A stretch of DNA of 64,000 bases from a plasmid: the sequence record NZ_CP049261.1. One strand, written 5' to 3'. Position 1 is the first letter of the stretch; each line of letters begins with the position of its first letter. Under the pieces are notes generated by a model, which had not been told where the DNA came from, searched no databases, and saw only the letters and a program-made list of their open reading frames with translations. Shown here piece after piece: positions 31,967 through 43,075 of the stretch. Made by a program: the position numbers and the translations under genes.

Positions 31967-33273
31967 ATGCATTCCGCTACCTCACCTGTAAACACCCGTT
32001 CCCGGATCGGCGCTATTTTGCGCGTCACGTCCGGCAACTTTCTGGAGCAGTTTGATTTTTTCCTGTTCGGCTTTTATGCCACCTACATCGCGCACACGTT
32101 CTTCCCGGCGAGCAGTGAGTTCGCCTCGCTGATGATGACGTTTGCGGTGTTTGGCGCAGGCTTTCTGATGCGCCCCATCGGCGCGATAGTGCTGGGCGCG
32201 TACATCGATAAAGTGGGCCGCCGCAAAGGGCTGATTATGACGCTCTCTATCATGGCGGCGGGCACCTTTCTGATTGTGCTGATCCCGTCTTATGAGGCCA
32301 TCGGGCTGTGGGCGCCGCTGTTCGTGCTGATTGGCCGCCTGTTACAGGGCTTTTCTGCCGGTGCGGAGCTCGGCGGCGTGTCGGTGTATCTCGCCGAAAT
32401 CGCGACGCCGGGGCGCAAAGGCTTTTACACCAGCTGGCAGTCAGGCAGCCAGCAGGTCGCCATTATGGTGGCGGCGGCAATGGGCTTTGCCCTCAACGCG
32501 GCGCTGGATCAGTCGGCCATCAGCAGCTGGGCTGGCGGCTCCCGTTCCTCTTTGGTTGCCTGATTGTGCCGTTTATTTTCGTGCTGCGGCGCAAGCTTGA
32601 AGAGACGCAGGAGTTCAGCGCGCGCCGTCACCATCTCGACATGAAACAGGTGTTCCGCATGCTGCTGACCCACTGGCCGGTGGTTGTCGCGGGCATGATG
32701 ATGGTGGCAATGACCACCACGGCGTTTTATCTCATCACCGTGTATGCGCCCACCTTCGGCAAAAAAGTGCTGATGCTGAGCGCCTCGGACAGCCTGCTGG
32801 TGACGCTGCTGGTGGCGATTTCCAACTTCTTCTGGCTGCCGGTGGGTGGCGCGCTTTCTGACCGTTTCGGGCGTAAACCAGTGCTGATTGCCATGACGCT
32901 GCTGGCGCTGGCCACCGCGTATCCGGCGCTGATGATGCTGGCCGCGTCACCTGGCTTTTCCATGATGCTGGGCGTGTTGCTGTGGCTCTCTTTTCTGTAT
33001 GGCCTGTACAACGGCGCGATGATCCCGGCGCTCACTGAAATCATGCCCGCCGAGGTGCGTGTCGCTGGTTTTTCGCTCGCCTACAGCCTCGCGACGGCGA
33101 TTTTCGGCGGCTTTACGCCGGTGATTTCCACGGCGCTGATTGAGTACACCGGCGACAAAGCCTCACCCGGCTACTGGATGAGCTTTGCCGCGCTCTGCGC
33201 GCTGCTGGCGACGCTCTACCTTTACCGCCGCAGTACCATGACATTACAGACCGCAGGACGCCGCCATGCATAA
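31967..33273 (+). pseudogene. MFS metabolite:H+ symporter (MHS family, ProP/KgtP/ShiA-like), frame switch near 32530
   Basis: ORFs 31967..32563 and 32308..33273 collinear with MHS transporters (…GWRLPFL… motif in second frame). Confidence 0.65.
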
Positions 33274-34072
33274 GAGAATGACGACATGGATAGCCGCGCT
33301 GACGCTCTTACCGTTAAGCAGTGTGGCGCTGGCACAGGAAATTACGGTGATGATTTCAGGCGGCTTTAAGGCGGCGCTGGAACAGCTCCGCCCAGGATAT
33401 GAAACGCAGAGCGGCAACCAGATTGTGATCGTTCCCGGCCCGTCGATGGGCAAAACGCCGCAGGCGATCCCGAACCGGCTGGCGCGCGGCGAAAAGGCGG
33501 ATGTGGTGATCATGGTGGGCGACGCCCTGACCAGCCTTGAAAAAGCGGGGCGTACCGCGCCGGGGTCGCGCACGGAGCTTGCGGATTCTCCCATCGGCAT
33601 GGTGGTAAAGCAGGGCGCGCCGGTGCCCGTGATAAACACCCCGGACGCGCTGCGCCAGACGCTGCTGCAGGCCCGTTCGATTGCCTATTCCGACAGCGCC
33701 AGCGGTCGCTATGTCAGTACGACGTTGTTTAAAAAACTGGGGATAGAGGCGCAGGTGGAGACCCGCGCGCGGATGGTGGAGCGCATTCCGGTGGCGTCAG
33801 AAGTGGCGAAAGGGAAGTATGCCGTGGGGTTTCAGCAGGTCAGCGAACTGCTGCCGGAGCCCGGCGTGACGTTTGTCGGCGAGTTGCCTGACAGCGTGCA
33901 GTACATCACCCGTTTTGCGGGCGCGGTAACGAACAACGCGGCGCATGCCGCCGAAGGCCGCGCGCTGCTGGCGTTTCTGGCGTCACCCGACGCGCAAAAG
34001 GTGGTACGCGCCACCGGCATGCGGTCGGTCGCGCAAAAAGCGCCGGTCAGGCTGGCGGATACTGTTCAGTGA
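33266..34072 (+). CDS. Periplasmic substrate-binding protein (ModA/TupA-like PBP), signal peptide
   Basis: Signal peptide; PBP-like sequence; orphan (no adjacent permease/ATPase). Confidence 0.5.
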   Translation: MHKRMTTWIAALTLLPLSSVALAQEITVMISGGFKAALEQLRPGYETQSGNQIVIVPGPSMGKTPQAIPNRLARGEKADVVIMVGDALTSLEKAGRTAPGSRTELADSPIGMVVKQGAPVPVINTPDALRQTLLQARSIAYSDSASGRYVSTTLFKKLGIEAQVETRARMVERIPVASEVAKGKYAVGFQQVSELLPEPGVTFVGELPDSVQYITRFAGAVTNNAAHAAEGRALLAFLASPDAQKVVRATGMRSVAQKAPVRLADTVQ

Positions 34073-34946
34073 TGAGCTTTTCGAGTTCCGCTGCCACGTA
34101 AGACTGAATACGCCCGCTGCGGCGTATCAGCCCCACGCTGCGTGTGACGACCGGATCGACAAGCCGCAGCGGCACCAGAACGGAGTGCCCCGCCACAGGC
34201 ATTGACATTGCTGGTACCGCGGCGATGCCAATGCCGGCTTCCACCATGCCAAGCACCGTTGTGACATGGCGGGTTTCACAAATACTTGGACGCGCGGGCG
34301 TAATGTGCCCCAGCGCCTGATCGAGCAGGGTACGGTTCCCGGAGACTTTATCCAGACTGATATAATCCTGCTCAAAATACGCCTTCCAGGTGAGCTGCGT
34401 TTTTTTCGCGAGCGGATGATCGCGCCGACAGGCTGCCACGTAGACATCCTCCACCAGCGGCACAAACTCAATGTGCGGCGGCAGGTTTCTGCCAAAACAG
34501 ATGCCGAAATCGGCCTGACCGCTGCTGACGGCGTCGATAACATTGCCGACGCTGCTGTCGATGAGTTTGATGCGCACGCGCGGGTAGCGTGCCTGAAACT
34601 GACGGATAATGTCCGGCATAAAGTAATACGCGCCCGACGGCACCGTCGCGACGGTGACAAGCCCCGTGCGTTCCTGGCTCGCCTGCTGAATATCCGCCAG
34701 CACCGCTTCGACATTCGCCAGCAGCTGTTCTGAGCGCTCGGCAAAACTCTGCCCGTAGAGCGTCAACGCCACGCGCCGGGTGGTGCGGTCAAAGAGCCGC
34801 GCGCCGAGCGCTGTCTCCAGCTTTTCAATGCGGCGGCTGAGCGCCGATTGCGACAGGCAGATGGACTCCGCCGCGAGCCGGAAACTGCCGTACTCCATTA
34901 ATGCGCGAAACGCATAGATATCGTTCAGGTCAAAGTTTACAGGCAT
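34047..34946 (-). CDS. LysR-family transcriptional regulator
   Basis: N-terminal HTH MPVNFDLNDIYAFRALMEYGSFRLAAESICLSQSALSRRIEKLE. Confidence 0.85.
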   Translation of the reverse strand: MPVNFDLNDIYAFRALMEYGSFRLAAESICLSQSALSRRIEKLETALGARLFDRTTRRVALTLYGQSFAERSEQLLANVEAVLADIQQASQERTGLVTVATVPSGAYYFMPDIIRQFQARYPRVRIKLIDSSVGNVIDAVSSGQADFGICFGRNLPPHIEFVPLVEDVYVAACRRDHPLAKKTQLTWKAYFEQDYISLDKVSGNRTLLDQALGHITPARPSICETRHVTTVLGMVEAGIGIAAVPAMSMPVAGHSVLVPLRLVDPVVTRSVGLIRRSGRIQSYVAAELEKLITEQYPPA

Positions 34947-35081
34947 GGCAGCGGCATCCTTTCAGCGTCTCACAGCGACATTATAAAGCGGCGTTTATCA
35001 TTCACGCTTTTTATCATAGATGACGTGCGGGCGTTTCTGAAAGCCGATACCGTGAGGTGAGCCGCCTCCGCAGGCCATCGC

Positions 35082-35402
35082 TTACAGATGCTGTGCCTCG
35101 ACGCCCTGGAGAATTTCTTTGATCTCAAAGAAATCATTCCAGAACGGCGTATCGCGCAGCGCTTCGGTAAAGCCCTGCCAGACGGCATGGTTTGCGGCCT
35201 CCCAGATCCAGATATCGGAAATCCGCGCAGAGTAAAATTCGGTATCGAAATAGCGCAGCCTGAGCGCGCCCTCATATTGCGTGAGTAAAGGCGCAAGGTG
35301 CGTGGCGATATTACGCTGGCGTTCGTCGGCGCTGGCATCAAGCCAGCTACGGTTGGCTTTCACCAGCATAAACAGCGTGACGGTCTCTGGTGCGGTATTC
35401 AT
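35082..35402 (-). CDS. Darcynin-like (DUF3303) small protein
   Basis: Family recalled from sequence; start at internal Met of ORF 35082..35474. Confidence 0.4.
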   Translation of the reverse strand: MNTAPETVTLFMLVKANRSWLDASADERQRNIATHLAPLLTQYEGALRLRYFDTEFYSARISDIWIWEAANHAVWQGFTEALRDTPFWNDFFEIKEILQGVEAQHL

Positions 35403-35497
35403 AACGCTCTCCCTGAAAACTATTAATGCTTGTAGATGTTGTGTTAAGACGACGCCGTTATGATATCGGGACACGTTATATTCAGGGACTCGCGTTT

Positions 35498-36088
35498 ATG
35501 TATGCCATTCAGCCGCCGCTGACACCGCGTAAAGCGCCGCGCCAGGCGCGTTCACGCGCGCTGGTGGAGGCGATTATCGAGGCGACGGCTCGCATTTTCG
35601 AGCGCGAGGGCGCGGCGGCCTGCACGACGAATGCCGTCGCGGAAATCGCAGGCGTCAGCATCGGCTCGCTGTATCAGTATTTCCCGAACCGTCACGCCTT
35701 AACGGCGGCGCTGGTGGCGCGCGAACATGAATCGCTGCTTTCGGCCATGCAGCACGCAGCGGCGCGTCCCGATCCGGCGGATCGTCTTTCAGGCATGGTT
35801 GACGCAGCTGTGGATTATGAGTTTGCACGGCCCGCGCTTGCACGCACGCTGGATTTGCAGGAGGCAGCGCCGGAATTTCAGGCGCATCAGCAGGCGATGC
35901 TGGCCACGCTTCATCGCTGTGTTGCAACGGCGCTTGAAGAGAGTGAGACCACGGCATGGGATGTCATCGCGCTGGTGCAGGGCATGATCGCGATGGCCAT
36001 CGCGCGAGGCGAGAGCTCGCCGGCTGCGCTGAAGCGCCGCATTCACCGCGCCGCCTTTGGTTATCTCGGCTGGGCTGCGCCTGATTAA
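35498..36088 (+). CDS. TetR-family transcriptional regulator
   Basis: HTH …TNAVAEIAGVSIGSLYQYFPNRHAL. Confidence 0.75.
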   Translation: MYAIQPPLTPRKAPRQARSRALVEAIIEATARIFEREGAAACTTNAVAEIAGVSIGSLYQYFPNRHALTAALVAREHESLLSAMQHAAARPDPADRLSGMVDAAVDYEFARPALARTLDLQEAAPEFQAHQQAMLATLHRCVATALEESETTAWDVIALVQGMIAMAIARGESSPAALKRRIHRAAFGYLGWAAPD

Positions 36089-36109
36089 GCATTTAATAAA
36101 GGAGAAAAC

Positions 36110-36421
36110 ATGATAGTCAGAACCTGGCATGGCTGCGTGCCGCTGGAACACGCCGACGGCTTTGCCGCGCATTTACAGAAAACCGGCGTGGAGCATTCGC
36201 AGCGCACTGCCGGTAACCGTGGCGCGTTTGTCCGTCAGGAAATACAGGGCGATCGGGCGCATTTTTTCCTGGCAACCTACTGGGAAGATCTGAACGCCGT
36301 GAAGGCGTTTGCAGGTGAGGATTATCAGGTGGCGGTGACCTACCCTGACGATGAACAGTTTGAGCTGCTCTCCGATCCGTGGGTGTTTCAGCATGAAGTT
36401 GAGACCATTGCGGCGCTGTAA
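36110..36421 (+). CDS. Small hypothetical protein (ABM/Dabb-like fold guess), co-directional with TetR
   Basis: RBS aaggag; 103 aa. Confidence 0.35.
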   Translation: MIVRTWHGCVPLEHADGFAAHLQKTGVEHSQRTAGNRGAFVRQEIQGDRAHFFLATYWEDLNAVKAFAGEDYQVAVTYPDDEQFELLSDPWVFQHEVETIAAL

Positions 36422-36455
36422 TCCATTCTTTTCGCCGCGTTGTACTGATAAGCGG

Positions 36456-37196
36456 TCAGCGGCCATTCACCGGTGAGACCGCCATAAAATGGCTGGCGAG
36501 TGTGCCCTTCTCAAGCCGGTGCACCATCAGCGCGGGCGGATCGAAGACCGCAGGCACGTGCGAGCCACCCAGCCATAACGGGTTCGCCGGGCAGACCGAA
36601 CCGCAGATGTACGCCGGAATACCGGCCAGCATTCCCGCCGCCGGGCGGTGAACGTGCCCTGTGGCAATCGCGAGCGGTTTTGCCGGGTGATGGCGCAACA
36701 GCGCGCCGAGCGCCTGCGCGTCGCGGCACGCCGCCGCATCCATCGAGGGAATGCCGCTCATAAATACATGATGATGCAGAAAAAGCAGCGTCTGTCGTCC
36801 GCCTGCCTGATCCAGTTGATGCGCCAGCCAGTCGAGATGCGCGGCCACGCTGCCCGCCGCACTTCCATCCACGGTAGAATCCAGTCCAATCACGCGAAGC
36901 GCAGGCGTATCCACAACCGCATGCAGCGGCCCTTCCTGCGCCAGCGAAGGCCAGACCGCGCGCATGGCGGCGCAGTCATCAGAATTTCCCGGCAGGATAA
37001 GCGTCCGGCAGGGCAATGTTTCCAGCCGCGCCGCAATGGCGCTATAACCGTCGCGCCAGTGGTCGTCGGTGAGATCACCGCTTATCACCAGCACATCGGG
37101 TTCGAGCGGCGTAAGCCACGCCAGGGCGTTGTCAAAACGCGCCAGATTATCGTTATCCGGTGCGGCGTGAATATCTGAAAGCTGCGCGATTATCAA
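36456..37196 (-). CDS. Metallophosphoesterase (calcineurin-like, Icc/CpdA-like)
   Basis: D-x-H…GD…GN-D/H…H…GH-x-H motif series. Confidence 0.7.
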   Translation of the reverse strand: MIIAQLSDIHAAPDNDNLARFDNALAWLTPLEPDVLVISGDLTDDHWRDGYSAIAARLETLPCRTLILPGNSDDCAAMRAVWPSLAQEGPLHAVVDTPALRVIGLDSTVDGSAAGSVAAHLDWLAHQLDQAGGRQTLLFLHHHVFMSGIPSMDAAACRDAQALGALLRHHPAKPLAIATGHVHRPAAGMLAGIPAYICGSVCPANPLWLGGSHVPAVFDPPALMVHRLEKGTLASHFMAVSPVNGR

Positions 37197-37329
37197 GAAT
37201 TGCTCTTCTGTCTTATCGGTTTGGCCGTGAAATGATGATAGAAGAAGGAGGGGAAAGGTGTCACAAAGAAAAAAGCCAGCCGAAGTGAGAGACGGGCTGG
37301 CTTTTAAAAGAAGGAATACAACGTCAGGA

Positions 37330-37608
37330 TCAGATGTCGTCTACGGTATGGTCGACAACGATTTCCAGCGTTTTGCGCACGACGTCAGCCATCACCACGT
37401 CATCCGTGGTTTCCAGCACGCCAATGAGCTGCAGAATAATCGCTTTATGCGTCAGGTGACCGTCGGTCGCAAGAATGTTGCTCACAACCGCGCCCAGCAG
37501 TGCGGCTTCCTGCGCCAGCATATCGCCGGCGTTACGAAAGTATTCAGACAGTGCCGTGTCGGGCAGATCCGCCTGTAAATCAATGGGGTTAAGCATCACC
37601 TGGCTCAT
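37330..37608 (-). CDS. ariR: YmgB/AriR-family biofilm/acid-resistance regulator
   Basis: …ALSEYFRNAGDMLAQEAALLGAVVSNIL…IILQLIGVLETTDDVVMADVVRKTLEIV… closely resembles E. coli AriR. Confidence 0.7.
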   Translation of the reverse strand: MSQVMLNPIDLQADLPDTALSEYFRNAGDMLAQEAALLGAVVSNILATDGHLTHKAIILQLIGVLETTDDVVMADVVRKTLEIVVDHTVDDI

Positions 37609-37645
37609 GTACTGGCACCGTTTTAATTGAAAGTTGCTGATGTAG

Positions 37646-37945
37646 TCAGTGTTTTTTACTGCTGTCCGGCGACGCACTCTCGCCAAACAGCGAATGGACG
37701 TTATCGCCGCTCCATTCTTTACGCTCACGCGTGCCGTTACGCCGTCCGGAAACCGCCGTCGCGCTGATTTCGGTGATGACACGGGCAATGGCCTCACGTC
37801 GACCGGGATCAGACTCGCTGGTTTCCATCGAGCGCAAACGCGCAATCAGTACCCGCATATTGATCGGGCCTTTTTCTCTCAGCAGAGACAGTACTGCCTC
37901 TCCGATGATTTCATCTGTCAGTTGATCTTTTTCACTTCTGTTCAT
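37646..37945 (-). CDS. ymgA: YmgA-like small regulator
   Basis: Position between ycgZ and ariR; weak similarity (…ITGEAVL…) to E. coli YmgA. Confidence 0.45.
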   Translation of the reverse strand: MNRSEKDQLTDEIIGEAVLSLLREKGPINMRVLIARLRSMETSESDPGRREAIARVITEISATAVSGRRNGTRERKEWSGDNVHSLFGESASPDSSKKH

Positions 37946-38114
37946 AAATGCGTCTCTGAATGCCGCATGTCCCGCGCCACACGCGCGGGATACAACTTCT
38001 TTCCGGTGGCGTCCTGCCACTGAAAATTGTCAGGCTGTGCTAAGGCCTGCCATATCCCTCCGCCACAATTGTCTTAATCATCAGGAAACGGTTCGGTGAA
38101 AGAACGCCCTGGTG

Positions 38115-38354
38115 TTAGCGATCAAAAAGCAGACCGATCAGCGTTTGATAGTGACTTTCTTCTTCAACGCTGGACGCCATTTCAAGACGACTAAGCAATT
38201 TGGTGCAAATACTTTTTTTATTCAGGAGACGACCATCGCGCAGGATCTCTACGACGATTTGCCCTAATGTTTCTTGCTGAGTCGGCAGAGCCGCTTTATC
38301 AAAGTATCGGGCAATGGCATTAGCTGTATCCGGAATGTAACCGTTCTGACGCAT
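38115..38354 (-). CDS. ycgZ: YcgZ-family small protein
   Basis: …IARYFDKAALPTQQETLGQIVVEILRDGRLLNKKSICTKLLSRLE…YQTLIGLLF matches E. coli YcgZ. Confidence 0.65.
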   Translation of the reverse strand: MRQNGYIPDTANAIARYFDKAALPTQQETLGQIVVEILRDGRLLNKKSICTKLLSRLEMASSVEEESHYQTLIGLLFDR

Positions 38355-38530
38355 ATGTCACTCCTGTTAAAATTTCGTAACTACGCAAGGAATAGTTAGC
38401 AGTATACTAATTACGTGAATCTTGTACACCGTTATTGTATAAGTTAGCGATCTTTTTTTGCGCAAATAATAACTAGTTCATTAATTTCATGTGGTTACAG
38501 TAAAATTTATTTTTAGCTTTTGGTCTGAAA

Positions 38531-38622
38531 TTGTACTTATTATGCATCCTGGCGTGCAAAATATGCCGTTTTGCCTTGTACAAGGCGGGATGGACGTAAC
38601 CATTTTGTAAAAACCTGTACAG
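38531..38622. promoter_or_regulatory. Cluster of TGTACA-core palindromes (GCCTTGTACAAGGC at 38573-38586; also ~38531, ~38614) upstream of ycgZ
   Basis: Read directly; candidate BluR (MerR-like) operator/promoter elements. Confidence 0.3.
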
Positions 38623-38751
38623 AAACCCACCTGAGCCTCAGTCGCTAAAATCCTTACCTGACTCATTATTTGTCTCTTTATAGACATCACTGCAAGACGC
38701 CCGGCAGGTCATCTGTTAAGGTGGCTGCTTATTCACCTATTCACAGGATGC

Positions 38752-39972
38752 ATGATGCTCACAACCATAATTTATCGCAGCCATATCTGCGACGACGTTC
38801 CGGTCACCGTGCTGGAAGAGATGGTGGATGCAGCGAATAACAAAAATGGCCAGGCCGACGTGACCGGCATTCTGCTCTTTAACGGCCGCCACTTTTTCCA
38901 GCTGCTGGAAGGCCCGGAAGAAGGGGTTAAAGCTATCTATCGCGCCATTTGCGCGGATACGCGTCATTACAATCTGGTGGAGCTGCTGTGCGACTACGCG
39001 CCGTCGCGTCGCTTCGGTAAATCGGGTATGGAACTCTTTGATTTACGGGATTATGAGCGTGACGAAGTGCTCCAGCATGTGCTGGATAAAGGCACCTCGA
39101 AATACCAGCTGGTGTACGGCGACCGCGCGCTGCAGTTCTTCCAGACGTTTGTCGAAGCCACTGAAAAAGAAAACTATTTTGAGATCCCGCCGGGTGACAG
39201 CTGGGATTTCATCATCGAAGACGACGGCGTTCAGGCGCCCGCGTCTGTCAGCGCGCGTACCGATTGTACCTTCGCGTTTCAGCCGATTATCGACCCGCTC
39301 TCCCGCGAAGTGGTCTCGCTGGAGGCGCTGCTGCGTACCCCTGACGGCGCGCCGCCGCAGACGTTTTTTGAAGGTCTGGAAGGCGAAGCGCTGTATGAGG
39401 CCGATCTGAAGAGCAAGAAAACGGCGTTTGAAATCGCCGGCGCGCTGAATATTGGCCAGCAGACGCTGTGCGTAAACCTGCAGCCGATGACCCTGGTGAA
39501 AATCCCTGGCGCGGTGGAGTTTCTGGTACAGGAGATCCACGCCAACGGGCTGGTGCCGGATCAGGTGATTGTTGAGTTTACCGAAAGCGAAGTGATTTCC
39601 CGTCTCGATGAGTTTACCGGTGCGATTCGCCAGCTAAAAGCGGCGGGGCTGCGCGTGGCGATTGACCACTTTGGTGCCGGTTTCGCCGGGCTGTTGCTGC
39701 TGGCGCAGTTCCAGCCAGACCGCATCAAAATCAACCGCGAGCTTATTCGCGATGTGCATAAGAGCGGCCCGCGACAGGCCATTGTGCAGGCGCTGATCAA
39801 ATGCTGCGCGTCGCTGGAAATCGCGATTTCTGCCGTGGGCGTGGAGAAAGCCGAAGAGTGGATGTGGCTCGAATCCGCAGGCATTACGCTCTTCCAGGGG
39901 CATCTTTTCGCAAAACCAGCGCTCGGTGGCATTCCTGCCGTCGCCTGGCCTGAAAAAAAGTTCGGCTTGTAA
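38752..39972 (+). CDS. bluF: BLUF-EAL blue-light sensor protein (BluF/YcgF-like)
   Basis: N-terminal BLUF (…YRS…VTGILLFNGRHFFQLLEG…), C-terminal degenerate EAL domain. Confidence 0.85.
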   Translation: MMLTTIIYRSHICDDVPVTVLEEMVDAANNKNGQADVTGILLFNGRHFFQLLEGPEEGVKAIYRAICADTRHYNLVELLCDYAPSRRFGKSGMELFDLRDYERDEVLQHVLDKGTSKYQLVYGDRALQFFQTFVEATEKENYFEIPPGDSWDFIIEDDGVQAPASVSARTDCTFAFQPIIDPLSREVVSLEALLRTPDGAPPQTFFEGLEGEALYEADLKSKKTAFEIAGALNIGQQTLCVNLQPMTLVKIPGAVEFLVQEIHANGLVPDQVIVEFTESEVISRLDEFTGAIRQLKAAGLRVAIDHFGAGFAGLLLLAQFQPDRIKINRELIRDVHKSGPRQAIVQALIKCCASLEIAISAVGVEKAEEWMWLESAGITLFQGHLFAKPALGGIPAVAWPEKKFGL

Positions 39973-40116
39973 CGGTTTGACCTTCTCTCTGGCGCATGTC
40001 AAAGCCGCATGCGCCATCTCTCTGTGATTTAATGCATTTTATGTACACTTTTTTGTTGCCCGCAGCACGTTGAATTCATACCCTTATCAACCAGACGGCT
40101 CTTAAATTAACTTCAC

Positions 40117-40146
40117 GGTTGTACAATTATTAAAAATTGTACAAGC
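40117..40146. promoter_or_regulatory. Tandem palindromic octamers TTGTACAA-N10-TTGTACAA upstream of bluR
   Basis: Read directly; same motif as in ycgZ upstream region. Confidence 0.3.
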
Positions 40147-40206
40147 TAAGGGGAGTTAACTTTTTGAGAGATTCCTGTGTCGGTTTTGATCGTGAGTGAA
40201 GATCCT

Positions 40207-40950
40207 ATGGCGTTTTACAGCATTGGCGAGATAGCAGAACGGTGCGGGATCAACCCCGTGACGCTACGCGCCTGGCAGCGGCGCTATGGCCTGCTAAAAC
40301 CTCAACGCAGCGAAGGCGGCCACCGCCAGTTTGATGAAGATGACATTCAGCGTATCGAAGAGATTAAACGCTGGATCAAAAGCGGCGTGCCGGTCGGCAA
40401 AGTGAAAGCGCTGCTGGATAAAGATGTCGTGGTGGGGCCGGAAGCGTGGAATGTGGTGCAGGAAGAGATGATGGGCGTGGTGCGCCAGGCGCGGCCGGCG
40501 ACGCTGCGAGCCAAAATCACCGCGCTGGTGCGTGAAAACGCCGTGGACGGGCTTATCGATAACGTCTTTCTGCCGGTACGCCATCGGTTAAGCCTCGATC
40601 AATACACCGCACCGTCGATGCGCAGCATGATGGATGGCGCGCTTATCGAATACGCCACGCTGTTTCTGGCCGAAGCGCGCAAAAAAACCACCAAAGAAGC
40701 GCTGCTGATGGGCTGGGGCAATGTGGATCGCGCCCGCCTGTGGCTGGAAGCCTGCCGTCTGGCGCACCAGGGCTGGCATATTGATTTACTCGCCGAGCCG
40801 CTCGATTTGCCGCACCCGGAGCTCTTTCCCAATCAGCACTTTTTCGTCTGGACTGACGAGCCGCTCAACGCTGAGCAGCAGGAGCGCGCCGCGCACTGGA
40901 AGGCGCAGGGTTACGCCATTACTTTCCTGACCGGGAATAAATCCGCGTAA
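40207..40950 (+). CDS. bluR: MerR-family regulator BluR/YcgE-like
   Basis: [57 protein letters not shown] nearly identical in pattern to E. coli BluR N-terminus. Confidence 0.8.
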   Translation: MAFYSIGEIAERCGINPVTLRAWQRRYGLLKPQRSEGGHRQFDEDDIQRIEEIKRWIKSGVPVGKVKALLDKDVVVGPEAWNVVQEEMMGVVRQARPATLRAKITALVRENAVDGLIDNVFLPVRHRLSLDQYTAPSMRSMMDGALIEYATLFLAEARKKTTKEALLMGWGNVDRARLWLEACRLAHQGWHIDLLAEPLDLPHPELFPNQHFFVWTDEPLNAEQQERAAHWKAQGYAITFLTGNKSA

Positions 40951-40981
40951 CGGTAAACATGTCGGTCATTCACTGAACCGC

Positions 40982-41009
40982 AAAAAGCCCGGCACCGGCC
41001 GGGCTTTTT
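40982..41009. terminator. Bidirectional intrinsic terminator (aaaaagcccggcaccggccgggcttttt) between convergent bluR and chemoreceptor
   Basis: GC hairpin flanked by A-run and T-run. Confidence 0.75.
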
Positions 41010-41028
41010 GTTGCGCTTAGAACAGCGC

Positions 41029-42939
41029 TCAGAACGTTTCCCAGCTTCCCGCGCCATCGACAGCCAGCGTCCTTGAAGGAACCATCGCCGGTCGCGCGAC
41101 TGGTTTTTTCACAATGGCGTCGCCCAGTTTGAAGCGCGAGATAAGCTGCGACAGTTCGCCCGCCTGCTGTTCGAGCGACGCGGCGGCGGCAGAAGATTCC
41201 TGTACCAGCGCGGCGTTCTGTTGCGTGGTGGAATCCAGTTCGCTGACGGCCTTGCTTATCTGGTCGATACCGCGGCTCTGCTCATCCGAAGCGTGAGAGA
41301 TTTCCGTCATGATCCCGCTGACGCCCTCGACGGAGGAGACGATATCCTTCATGGTGGCGCCCGCTTTGTTGGCCATTGCAGAGCCAGAACTGACGCGGTC
41401 TACCGATTCCTGAATCAGGTTTTCAATCTCTTTCGCCGCCTGTGCGCTGCGGCTCGCCAGCGTTCTGACTTCACCGGCGACCACCGCGAACCCGCGACCC
41501 TGTTCGCCCGCCCGGGCGGCTTCCACAGCGGCATTCAGCGCCAGAATATTGGTCTGGAAGGAGATGCCATTGATGACGGTGATGATATCTTTGATCTTGT
41601 TTGAGCTGTCGGTAATGGTCTGCATGGTTTCGACCACATCCCAGACAATTTGCCCGCCGCTGCGCGCATTCTGCGCGGCGGTGTTCGCCAGCGTGCTGGC
41701 CTCGCGGGCGTTATCGGCATTACGTTTCACGGTTGAGGTTAACTCTTCCATGCTGGCCGCGGTTTCCACGACGGCTGCCGACTGCTCTTCGGTACGCGAC
41801 GCCAGATCGGTGTTGCCGATGGAAATCTGTGAAGACGCCGAGGCGACATACACCACTGACTCTTTAATCTGGGTAATCAGCTCACGCAGTCTCAGGTTCA
41901 TGGTCGCCATCGCGGCGCTCAGACGGCCCAGTTCATCGGTGGAGCTCGCTTCAATCTCCGCGGTCAGATCGCCTGCGGCGATTCGCTCGGCAACGCTCAG
42001 GTTATAGCGGATTTGCGACGTCATCTGACGCGTAATCAGCCAGGCGATGAACAGGCCGATAACCACCGAGCAGAGCGCGACAATCAGCACGATATAGATA
42101 ACATGGGCGATTTTGGCACTGCTTTTATCCGCCTGAAGCTGCGCCAGCTCTGCGGTGGCGCTATTGAGCTTGTCGGCAACGAGCGTCATGTTATCCGCGC
42201 CGCCTTTTGCGTTTTTCAGCGCGAGGCTGTAGGCATTGACCGCGCTGTCGAGTGTACTGAACGCTGACTGCAACGCGGTAACGGAACCCGCGAGAGGGGA
42301 GGTGGCGTCACTGTTGAGGCTGGCGAGTAAAGCAAGCGCCTGCTGTGTGTCAGCCGTAAATTGCTGCTGCCCGCTGACGCCGCGTGATGAAACGACAACG
42401 CCCGCGTCTGAGCGAATTTTCTCAATAAAATAGAGCAGATTAGCACTGCTTTTCGACAGTGACTCGCTGTTACGCAAGGTTTTCGTGACTTCATCAAAAA
42501 CGGGCTGTTGGGCCGCGGCCAGCACGTTTTTGCTCTGCTCAATGCTGGCGCTTTCAAGGCTGATAAAATTGCTGCGCGCCTCGCTGTACTCTTTTACCCG
42601 TGAGCCCAGCGCCTCAAATAACACACCAGCGTCTTGTTCCCAGGTAAATTTATCGCCTTCTTTGATTTTTTCCGCCATTTTATTAATGGCAGCCAGATTC
42701 GCCTGGGCCGCTTTATCGTCATGGGTTAACTGATAAGTGAGACGGTTGCGTCTGGCGGTATTGAGATCGTTATTAATCTGATTAACCAGTTGCTCTTTAT
42801 CAGAATGCTCGCTGATAGCCGAAAGCTGTTTAATATTAATGGCAGAGGAGATGATGATAACGCCAACTAATACTGAAAAACCGCCAAATAATTTCGCTGC
42901 TACGGAAAGATTTTTAAAAATACCGGGTTTGCCTGTCAT
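41029..42939 (-). CDS. Methyl-accepting chemotaxis protein (2 TM, periplasmic sensor, HAMP, MCP signalling domain)
   Basis: 636 aa; highly conserved MCP signalling hairpin …[32 protein letters not shown]…. Confidence 0.9.
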   Translation of the reverse strand: MTGKPGIFKNLSVAAKLFGGFSVLVGVIIISSAINIKQLSAISEHSDKEQLVNQINNDLNTARRNRLTYQLTHDDKAAQANLAAINKMAEKIKEGDKFTWEQDAGVLFEALGSRVKEYSEARSNFISLESASIEQSKNVLAAAQQPVFDEVTKTLRNSESLSKSSANLLYFIEKIRSDAGVVVSSRGVSGQQQFTADTQQALALLASLNSDATSPLAGSVTALQSAFSTLDSAVNAYSLALKNAKGGADNMTLVADKLNSATAELAQLQADKSSAKIAHVIYIVLIVALCSVVIGLFIAWLITRQMTSQIRYNLSVAERIAAGDLTAEIEASSTDELGRLSAAMATMNLRLRELITQIKESVVYVASASSQISIGNTDLASRTEEQSAAVVETAASMEELTSTVKRNADNAREASTLANTAAQNARSGGQIVWDVVETMQTITDSSNKIKDIITVINGISFQTNILALNAAVEAARAGEQGRGFAVVAGEVRTLASRSAQAAKEIENLIQESVDRVSSGSAMANKAGATMKDIVSSVEGVSGIMTEISHASDEQSRGIDQISKAVSELDSTTQQNAALVQESSAAAASLEQQAGELSQLISRFKLGDAIVKKPVARPAMVPSRTLAVDGAGSWETF

Positions 42940-43039
42940 TGTTGATTCCTCAGCTGCTCATCATAATGATATCACCCGTTCCGACGCCGCCTTCGGGCGC
43001 GCCGCAAGCGTGCGCGTGCTTTTAACGCGTCGGGCCAGT

Positions 43040-43075
43040 TATAGTCTGTTTAATCCATAAGTGTTATCGGCAGGT
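43040..43075 (-). promoter_or_regulatory. Candidate sigma-28 (FliA) promoter for the MCP: GCATAAAC-N11-GCCGATAA on minus strand
   Basis: Perfect class-3 -10 box GCCGATAA ~115 nt upstream of MCP start; -35 imperfect. Confidence 0.35.
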
